A DNA stretch of 64,000 nt from Ktedonobacteria bacterium (GTDB lineage Bacteria > Chloroflexota > Ktedonobacteria > Ktedonobacterales > JACDGC01). This document shows, in pieces, positions 57,579-64,000 of this stretch. Where the stretch lies: assembly GCA_027459705.1 (NCBI GenBank), contig DAIDHM010000065.1, positions 548 to 64,547 on the forward strand, given 5' to 3'. A program made the position numbers and the translations under genes. Within the stretch, counting starts at the first letter, position 1. Each line of letters opens with the position of its first letter. The notes beneath the pieces were generated by a model. The model saw only the letters and a program-made list of their open reading frames with translations. It did no database searches and had not been told where the DNA came from.

Positions 57579-57989
57579 GTGTATCAACCAAAAATTCTGG
57601 TCATTGATGATTCGGCGACGATTTGCAGCCTCATCCGCCAGACTCTGTTGCGCAGCGGTTATGCCGACGTTTTTACTTTTACGAATGAGATCGCCGCATT
57701 AGAGGCACTCGCCAACCAGGAGATTCCGATTCCCGCACTGGTGTTTCTGGATATTCAGCTCAAACAATTGACTGGTTACGAGATCGCGCGGCTTCTGCGG
57801 CAGAAACCGGAGATGCAACATACCATCATTGTGATGATCTCCGGCCTGCACGGTCGAATCGATAAGTTTCTGGGTAAAATATCTGGGGCGCGAGGGTACA
57901 TCACCAAACCGTTCCGACCTGGCGACATCACGCAAGCGATGTACTCGCTCATCGGACCACCGAACCAGGAATCTCCGCAAGCCGATTGA
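57579..57989 (+). CDS. Single-domain CheY-like response regulator 1
   Basis: KILVIDDSATI...LVFLDIQL...VMISG...ITKPF. The acidic pocket, phospho-Asp, Ser/Thr and Lys positions are all present. GTG start. Confidence 0.88.
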   Translation: MYQPKILVIDDSATICSLIRQTLLRSGYADVFTFTNEIAALEALANQEIPIPALVFLDIQLKQLTGYEIARLLRQKPEMQHTIIVMISGLHGRIDKFLGKISGARGYITKPFRPGDITQAMYSLIGPPNQESPQAD

Positions 57990-58018
57990 AGCATCGCACT
58001 CGAAGGAGCATAGGGAGC

Positions 58019-58462
58019 ATGGCAACAGCGCATCAGGGAGCAGATGTTCCGCGGGAAGCGGACCTGCATCCGCTGCATCACTCGACGGGTTCCACCGTCC
58101 TCGTGATTGAAGATTCACCGACCGAGCTGGCTATTGTGGTTGATTGCTTGCAAGCGGCGGGTTACGCAGTCCTCGCGGCCTCTGATGGGGCGGCGGCACA
58201 ACATCAGGTGCAGGATGTTGCCATCAATCTCATTGTGATGGATCTGATCCTGCCAGATATGAATGGGTATGACCTCTACCGATTCTTTCAGGCTGATCAA
58301 CGGACGAAATCCATCCCGATCGTGATGTTGACGCAGCGCGTCAGTGCGGTCGAAGAGCAATATGGACGCATGTTGGGGGCGGCGGCCTATCTGAAAAAGC
58401 CGATGCAACCGCGACAATTGCTCGAAGAAGCGCAACGCCTTATCGCACGAGGCGGCGCATGA
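58019..58462 (+). CDS. Single-domain CheY-like response regulator 2
   Basis: VLVIEDSPTE...LIVMDLILPDMNGYD...VMLTQ...LKKP. ATG 58019 has a GAAGGAG RBS, whereas the ORF opens at TTG 57986. Confidence 0.88.
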   Translation: MATAHQGADVPREADLHPLHHSTGSTVLVIEDSPTELAIVVDCLQAAGYAVLAASDGAAAQHQVQDVAINLIVMDLILPDMNGYDLYRFFQADQRTKSIPIVMLTQRVSAVEEQYGRMLGAAAYLKKPMQPRQLLEEAQRLIARGGA

Positions 58463-58989
58463 GCAGTCCACTGACGAATAGCGCACGTTCGCCCGATGCC
58501 GGACCTTCCAGTCTGGCGGTTGGTTGTGTGAGCTTTACCCTGGGCAAGCAACGCTGGGCCGCGCGGCTTGATGGATTGCGACGGGTATTGCCGCCTCCAG
58601 AGGTCTGCATTCCGATCCCTCACTCGCCGCCCTGGGTCTGTGGCATGGCGTTGATGGAGACCGACATCGTCACCGTCCTGGATCCCGCCCGGTTTTTGGA
58701 TGCACAGGCGCCGGCCTCGTCAAGCCGGCAACGGATGGTGTTTACGATGACCTACCAGGATGCCGTGCTGGCCATGCTGGTTGATGATTGTGGCGCCATC
58801 ACCGCTGTCGAGCCGGATGAGATCGTCGATCTCTTGCCAGAGCATCGCCCGGAGGATCTCCCCTGGCTCGGTGGCCTGTATCGACCGCGCCAGACTACTA
58901 CGCTGGAATTGCGCGGCATAGCGGGTTTTCTCGATATCACCGGATTGATGGCCGCGTGTGTGGCCATCCTGGAAAGCGAGTCTGCGTAA
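58459..58989 (+). CDS. cheW: CheW-like coupling protein
   Basis: FTLGKQRWAARLDGLRRVLPPPEVCIPIPHSPPWVCGMALMETDIVTVLDPARFL is the CheW-domain pattern. ATGA overlap with the preceding gene. Confidence 0.8.
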   Translation: MSSPLTNSARSPDAGPSSLAVGCVSFTLGKQRWAARLDGLRRVLPPPEVCIPIPHSPPWVCGMALMETDIVTVLDPARFLDAQAPASSSRQRMVFTMTYQDAVLAMLVDDCGAITAVEPDEIVDLLPEHRPEDLPWLGGLYRPRQTTTLELRGIAGFLDITGLMAACVAILESESA

Positions 58990-61900
58990 TGCTCCCCACT
59001 GATGATCCCCAACGCGTCCATCTTGCCCATCTGCCAGATTTCGTGACGGAGATGCGTGGCTACATCGCCGACCTCCATCGCCAGACGAGTGAGATGGCTT
59101 CGCCTACCCGATCTGGCGAGAGCGCGGCCCAGGCCGTCCGCCTGCTGCGACGTCTGGGACATACGATCACCAGTCTGGCGCAAACGCTGCAGATCGCGGA
59201 TATTGAGCAACTGGGCGCCGCTTTAGATGAGGTGATGATTGCGCGCGCGACCGCCGGCCCGCCAACCGGCGCGATCGTCGCACCCCTGACCCGGTTGGCG
59301 GTGTACCTGGAATTGCGGGTCAATGGCATCGAACGCCAGGGACGCTTTATCCCCCCCACGCAGGAAGAAGAGGCAGAGATGCGCCGGGTGTGTGCGGCAC
59401 TCCGCACCTACCTCCCGCCGCCCGAGACCCATGCGCCAACGAGTGCGTTTCATCTGCTGGATGATGTTGCCGACTGGGAGCCAGCGGGTGTGGAATTTCA
59501 GGAACTGACCGATTTGCCACCGGAGAGTCAAGCGATTGTCGCCACGTTTCTGCGCGCCGGTCTCTCGCCAGACGCTTCTGCTTCCCCAGTCGCCAATGAT
59601 CACCGCTCTCCCGCTGTGATGGAAACCTTCATCGATGAATTGACCGAGAGCATCGAACAGATGCGTGTGGCCATCGTGCGCATCCAATCTCCTCAGGATC
59701 GGCGTGTCGGTCTTCAGACCTTGTTAGAACTGGCGCACCGGCTGAAGGGTGCCGCCTTCACCCTGATGTACGTGGATGTGAGCACGGTGACGAATCTTCA
59801 GGAATCGCTGCTCAAGCCGTTACGGCTGGGGCGGCTGCCCCTGTCGAATGCCGTCCTGCAATGGCTCATCGCCAGTATCAATGCGCTGGATCATTTCCTG
59901 GCAAACATCCGCGTCGCCAGGGAAAGCCATGACGACCAGGGATCCGCGCAGCTGATGGCGGACCTGCATGAGCAATATGTCGATATTCTGGCGTCGATCT
60001 CCACGACGCGTCTCTCGCCTGAATCCGATGAGACTGCCCCGACCCCCGTCGCCACCAGCCAGCCACTGGATGTCCCCACCATCCGTGTGGGTGCCCGGCA
60101 GGTCGACCAACTCCTGGCGAGTATCGGTGGACAGCAACTCAATCGGGTCGCGATGGAACGGTTACGCGCCCAGGTAGTGACCAGCGAAGAAGATTTTACG
60201 CGCGTCATCGCCCGGCTGCATGTGCTTGAGGAACGCTTACGTGCAGAGCGCTATCACCGCCTGACGCAGATCGAAGGCGAGACCAGGCGACTGGCGGGGG
60301 ATCTTCCGCTTGGTGGCCCGCGTGATCCGCGCGAAGTGGAGTTCGAGCAATGGATGGCGATGGTCGATGAAGTCATCGCCGACCTGCGGTCGGTGGACCT
60401 CGATATGCGCCTGGCGCTCAATCAATTGGGCCGTCAGGGTGAATATCATGACTACTTGACCGAACAAACACAGCGTGATGTGTTGGCGCTGCGCCAGGTG
60501 CCGTTCAGTGAGATGATCCCACGGCTCCAGTTAGTGCTCCGTGCTACCGCAATTGCCGAACAGAAAGAAGTCTCGCTCGCCATCACCGGCGAACCCATCG
60601 AGATCGACCGGGATATCCAATCGATCTTGCTCGATCCATTGGCGCAATTGGTACGCAATGCCATCGTCCATGGGATTGAGAGCGCGACCGAACGAAGCCG
60701 TGCGGGAAAACCTTCTATGGCATATGTGACCTTGCGGACCGAACACGCGGGCGATATGGTGCGGATCACCATCGCGGATGATGGACGGGGTATCGATCCG
60801 CAACACATTGTGCAAGCAGCTCTACAGACGTATGGCCCCGATGGCTATCCGCTCCTCGATCCCGAGCGCGCTGCCCAGTTGTCGCGCGCGGAAATCTTTG
60901 ACTTGCTGTTTATTCCAGACCTTACGACAGCACCCAGCGTCAGTGCAACCGCGGGACGTGGCATGGGGCTGGCTGCGGTCAAGCGTGCCATTGCATCGAT
61001 TCGTGGCGAGGTCACGGTCGCGAGCGATCTGGGGAGCGGCACCAGTTTCACTCTGAGCTTGCCCATTTCGCTCGGCATGCTACGAGGCTATGCGATGCGT
61101 GCCGGACCATATCCCTATGTCGCCATCGCCGATGAAGTGGTTGCTCTACACCCCATGCATCGCGCTCAGGTCTATGAAGCCAGAGGTAAGCATTGGATCC
61201 GCCTTGATGATGCGGAAGGCACGCCTTCCTCAGCAGAACCGGATGTGTTGCATCGCTCCAAACAACGCGAACTCCCCATCATCGCCCTCTCCGCGCTCAT
61301 TGATCAGCCAATGCTGGCAGTGGAGGGCGAATACCTGCTGCTGGTTCGCGTTGATACCCATGACTATGGTATCATCGCCGATCTCTTTCCTGTTGATCAG
61401 ATTGTGCCGGAACATCCCATCGTCACATCGTCTGACGCCGGTTCTGCCGGTGCTGTACCTCAGGCCACGACGATGATCACTCGCCAGGTACCAAATTATC
61501 TGAAGCGGCGTGGAATCCGTTATGCGTCGGTGACAGCGCGCGGCGAGTTGATGGCCGTCCTCGACTTACCCATGCTGGTGCGGCGCGCGATCGCCAGCGG
61601 TCAGATCGCCCGGCCGATCTTTACGAACCACGTGCTGGATACTCCGCCTCAAGGCGAACACATCCTGGTGGTGGATGATTCACCATCCATCCAACGGGGT
61701 ATGTTGCAAATACTCACCGCTGCCGGCTATACCGTGGAAGGTGCCCGCGATGGCTATGACGCCTGGGCACAGATGCGCCGCTCCATTCCACGCCTGGTTC
61801 TCCTTGATGTCGAGATGCCTACCATTGGCACCAAACACGCAACGGGCGTGCCGCCTTCCGCAGAAAGGAATTTTGATGGATTCGCCGTCCTGCGTCTGAT

Positions 61901-62099
61901 GCGTCAGCACGCAATCTACCAGGACGTGCCCGTAGTGATGTTGACCTCGCGTGCTGCCTCGCTCTATCGTGATCAGGCGATCGCATTAGGCGCATTTGAG
62001 TATTTGACGAAACCATGCCCAACCGAGTACTTGCTAGGTGTGGTGAGCAAAGCGCTCGCGGGGCGAGCAACGGAAGTATCAGTCAGGGAGGCACTGTGA
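58989..62099 (+). CDS. cheA: Hybrid CheA-like histidine kinase (HPt, dimerisation, HATPase, CheW-like, C-terminal receiver)
   Basis: HPt motif LELAHRLKGAAFTL and an earlier degenerate HPt-like LLRRLGHTITSLA. N-box DPLAQLVRNAIVHGIE, G1 DDGRGID, G2 GRGMGLAAV, a CheW-like segment, and receiver ILVVDDSPSI...LLDVEMP...VVMLTS...LTKP. TAATG overlap with cheW. Confidence 0.88.
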   Translation: MLPTDDPQRVHLAHLPDFVTEMRGYIADLHRQTSEMASPTRSGESAAQAVRLLRRLGHTITSLAQTLQIADIEQLGAALDEVMIARATAGPPTGAIVAPLTRLAVYLELRVNGIERQGRFIPPTQEEEAEMRRVCAALRTYLPPPETHAPTSAFHLLDDVADWEPAGVEFQELTDLPPESQAIVATFLRAGLSPDASASPVANDHRSPAVMETFIDELTESIEQMRVAIVRIQSPQDRRVGLQTLLELAHRLKGAAFTLMYVDVSTVTNLQESLLKPLRLGRLPLSNAVLQWLIASINALDHFLANIRVARESHDDQGSAQLMADLHEQYVDILASISTTRLSPESDETAPTPVATSQPLDVPTIRVGARQVDQLLASIGGQQLNRVAMERLRAQVVTSEEDFTRVIARLHVLEERLRAERYHRLTQIEGETRRLAGDLPLGGPRDPREVEFEQWMAMVDEVIADLRSVDLDMRLALNQLGRQGEYHDYLTEQTQRDVLALRQVPFSEMIPRLQLVLRATAIAEQKEVSLAITGEPIEIDRDIQSILLDPLAQLVRNAIVHGIESATERSRAGKPSMAYVTLRTEHAGDMVRITIADDGRGIDPQHIVQAALQTYGPDGYPLLDPERAAQLSRAEIFDLLFIPDLTTAPSVSATAGRGMGLAAVKRAIASIRGEVTVASDLGSGTSFTLSLPISLGMLRGYAMRAGPYPYVAIADEVVALHPMHRAQVYEARGKHWIRLDDAEGTPSSAEPDVLHRSKQRELPIIALSALIDQPMLAVEGEYLLLVRVDTHDYGIIADLFPVDQIVPEHPIVTSSDAGSAGAVPQATTMITRQVPNYLKRRGIRYASVTARGELMAVLDLPMLVRRAIASGQIARPIFTNHVLDTPPQGEHILVVDDSPSIQRGMLQILTAAGYTVEGARDGYDAWAQMRRSIPRLVLLDVEMPTIGTKHATGVPPSAERNFDGFAVLRLMRQHAIYQDVPVVMLTSRAASLYRDQAIALGAFEYLTKPCPTEYLLGVVSKALAGRATEVSVREAL

Positions 62100-62566
62100 G
62101 CCAACGTAGTACCGCTCGCGCCAGACTGCCGATCCGTGGACTCGCGGTGACCGTACTGCTGGCGATTGTCGCGGCCATCAGCCTCTTTACTATTTTTCAT
62201 CTGCCTGTCGTTCAGCAACATCTCACGCCTAGCCCGGCCGAAACGACGGTCGCAAATTTTTATCGTGCAGTCCATCGACAGGACTATACCGCCGCGTATG
62301 CATTTTTCGCTCCTGGACAGCAGGCTATCATCACTGACTTCGCGTTCACACTCTCCGCGAAGCTGCTAGATACTACACAAGGAATAGTGACTACGTATCA
62401 AGAAATCCATGTCGGACAAGATCCCCAAACTGCCCACCAGGTAACAGTGCAGGAGCGCGTGACACGCGCCAAGGAAGGATCATCCGCTCACACGTACATC
62501 GTCACGCTGACCGTAGCCCAACAGGGCGATGGCTCCTGGAAAATCGCGAGTGAAACGGGCATCTGA
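62096..62566 (+). CDS. Membrane-anchored small protein with NTF2/SnoaL-like (DUF4878-like) ectodomain, hypothetical
   Basis: GTG 62096 overlaps the cheA stop (GTGA). TM LAVTVLLAIVAAISLFTIF. FYRAVHRQDYTAAYAFF is the pattern typical of NTF2-like folds. The assignment is tentative. Confidence 0.55.
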   Translation: MSQRSTARARLPIRGLAVTVLLAIVAAISLFTIFHLPVVQQHLTPSPAETTVANFYRAVHRQDYTAAYAFFAPGQQAIITDFAFTLSAKLLDTTQGIVTTYQEIHVGQDPQTAHQVTVQERVTRAKEGSSAHTYIVTLTVAQQGDGSWKIASETGI

Positions 62567-62629
62567 ACGCTCGATAATCAGAATCCACGTTGCCTGAAGC
62601 AACGATGATGGATGGTGAGGAAACCCAAC

Positions 62630-63103
62630 ATGAAACCCGCTACCCAAAGAGTCATCGAAGCGTTGGCAGCCGCCGGAGTTCAGGTAGCCCCACACGAATT
62701 CGCTGAGAGCACGCGCACCGCCGCCGAGGCCGCCGCCGCTGTCGGAACCACGGTGGCGCAGATTGTGAAATCGCTGGTCTTTCTCGCGGATGACGCCCCG
62801 ATCCTCGTATTGGTATCAGGCGACCATCGCGTCGATACCGATTTTTTGAGTGGCGTGATAGGGGCAACCATCAGCCGTGCTCCGGCCGAACGCGTCCGTG
62901 CGGCAACCGGTTACGCGATTGGTGGCGTCCCGCCGGTCGGTCATGCGACACCGCTCCCCACGCTGTTGGACGCAAGTCTGCTGCGCTTCGAGGTCGTCTG
63001 GGCGGCGGCAGGCACGCCCAACAGCGTCTTTCCTATCGCGCCCCAGTTATTGGTTGCATTGACCGGCGCGCGTGTGGTAGAGGTCGTCCCAACCATTAGC
63101 TGA
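62630..63103 (+). CDS. YbaK/EbsC-family aminoacyl-tRNA deacylase domain protein
   Basis: AQIVKSLVFLADDAPILVLVSGDHRVD...ATGYAIGGVPPVGH is the YbaK/ProX editing-domain pattern. ATG 62630 is preferred to 62612. Confidence 0.8.
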   Translation: MKPATQRVIEALAAAGVQVAPHEFAESTRTAAEAAAAVGTTVAQIVKSLVFLADDAPILVLVSGDHRVDTDFLSGVIGATISRAPAERVRAATGYAIGGVPPVGHATPLPTLLDASLLRFEVVWAAAGTPNSVFPIAPQLLVALTGARVVEVVPTIS

Positions 63104-63222
63104 GATGACCAGAAACCGAGAGCAGCATGGCAGTAGCCCTTCCGACTCTCGGTCACCGTCCTCCGCTAAGCGCGGGAGCAAGCCCGAACGGCGGTGTTGT
63201 TTGCCACTTCTCTCACGATCGA

Positions 63223-63672
63223 CTATTGGGTAATTGGGGAAGTGCTGGTGGCAGGTGTCAAGGTCGAGGTACCTTGAACAGGACTGGCTCCCCCAGTCAC
63301 CGCGGACTGCAGCCCCGCCAGCGTCGCTCCGATGCGCTCACCCCGACCCGAGAGCGCCGAGGTGATACCATCTAGCGAGCCGGAACCCTGCTGATAGGCC
63401 ATGATCGCGCGCTGCACCGCGCCATTGAAGATATATGACTTTTGCGAGCCGCTGAGTTGCTGCCCCGATGCTTTCATACCTTGATGCAGGGTCAACAACT
63501 GCTGGGCCATGGTCGTCTCGAGCATCGATTTGGCTTGTGGGGAGATCTGCAGGTTCGCAACCTCTTGAAACATATTGGGCTTGCCAGTGGGATCGGGCGC
63601 ATGTAGTCGGCGATTGATGACCTGCGCGATCTGGCCCGAAGTCGGACTGCTACCTATGGATGGAACGCTCAT
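63223..63672 (-). CDS. Hypothetical protein (Ser/Gly/Gln-rich)
   Basis: 149-aa ORF with no recognised motif. Its coding status is supported only by length and by the lack of a better competing frame. Confidence 0.4.
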   Translation of the reverse strand: MSVPSIGSSPTSGQIAQVINRRLHAPDPTGKPNMFQEVANLQISPQAKSMLETTMAQQLLTLHQGMKASGQQLSGSQKSYIFNGAVQRAIMAYQQGSGSLDGITSALSGRGERIGATLAGLQSAVTGGASPVQGTSTLTPATSTSPITQ

Positions 63673-63833
63673 TGGAATGTTTCCCTCCTATTACTCGCGG
63701 ACACGCAGCATACACGTCGTCCGCGCAATTGGGGCAGCCAATGCAACCGTAGATCACTGCCCATGTCTATCGTAATGCTGCCTTCTGCTGCTTTGCACTT
63801 GCTATAATGAGCTCATCTCGCAGCGGTCCTCCC

Positions 63834-64000
63834 ATGACGATCGTGCTTGGTATCGACGGCAATGCGTGGTGGGGGACTTTGCGTCAGCGTAAAAATTCCC
63901 CACTGGACCATAGCCACCCGGCATACTGCGTGACCATTGGCCAGGAGATTGAGACCATGCGGCGTGCGGATCATCGCCATAAGGTCTTCATGGATACTCT
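63834..64000 (+). CDS. 5' fragment of an ORF running off the window (hypothetical)
   Basis: ATG 63834 opens MTIVLGIDGNAWWGTLRQRK..., which is still open at the window end. It is not in the supplied ORF track because it is truncated. Confidence 0.3.
   Translation, partial: MTIVLGIDGNAWWGTLRQRKNSPLDHSHPAYCVTIGQEIETMRRADHRHKVFMDT

Noticed and set aside
1-64000. rRNA, tRNA, tmRNA, RNase P or riboswitch elements.
   Set aside because: I spotted no cloverleaf-compatible or otherwise recognisable conserved RNA sequence in the intergenic regions. This is a by-eye negative and should be confirmed with tRNAscan-SE or Infernal.

Overview
This is a high-GC bacterial chromosomal segment. Spot counts on single 60-nt lines gave about 60-73% GC in the flanks, and genes are densely packed on both strands. 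Many secreted or membrane proteins carry Pro/Thr linkers and lipoboxes. There are three ECF sigma/anti-sigma pairs and several Gly- or Pro-rich tails. This style resembles Chloroflexota (Ktedonobacteria-like) or another filamentous monoderm, but that is inference only.

Gene content, left to right:
- rpsO-pnp, where the PNPase carries a roughly 133-aa RGG-type tail
- a large orphan membrane protein
- a five-gene Opp/Dpp-type peptide ABC importer
- ECF sigma/anti-sigma pair 1
- proline dehydrogenase
- a repeat-containing membrane protein
- a PlcN/AcpA-type phosphoesterase lipoprotein
- a CrtI-family desaturase divergent from a PlsC-type acyltransferase
- ECF pairs 2 and 3, whose anti-sigma factors carry a BNR propeller and a SecD-P1-head-like domain respectively
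- an AT-richer glycan island of about 11 kb (spot counts 43-48% GC). It encodes a processive GT2 synthase, a GT-C transferase, a polyprenyl-phosphate sugar synthase, a tandem GH5-like lipoprotein and two membrane-anchored glycosidase-like proteins.
- a CBS/zinc-ribbon protein
- an envelope block: EEP phosphoesterase, PAP2, MurJ and a split HldE (hldA/hldC)
- a DesK/NarL-type two-component system divergent from an ABC-2 exporter
- a PcrA/UvrD helicase interrupted by a 293-aa intein in motif III
- a cytoplasmic BNR propeller translationally coupled to a MoaD/ThiS-like GG protein
- an ABC-like ATPase plus a small membrane protein
- a class-V aminotransferase/cysteine-desulfurase-like gene
- a tightly coupled chemosensory-like operon (DUF4388 protein, two CheY-like receivers, CheW, CheA-REC) with no MCP, CheR or CheB in the window
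- a YbaK-type deacylase

I recognised no rRNA, tRNA, CRISPR array, transposase or integrase. All family calls rest on motifs read by eye. No searches were run.
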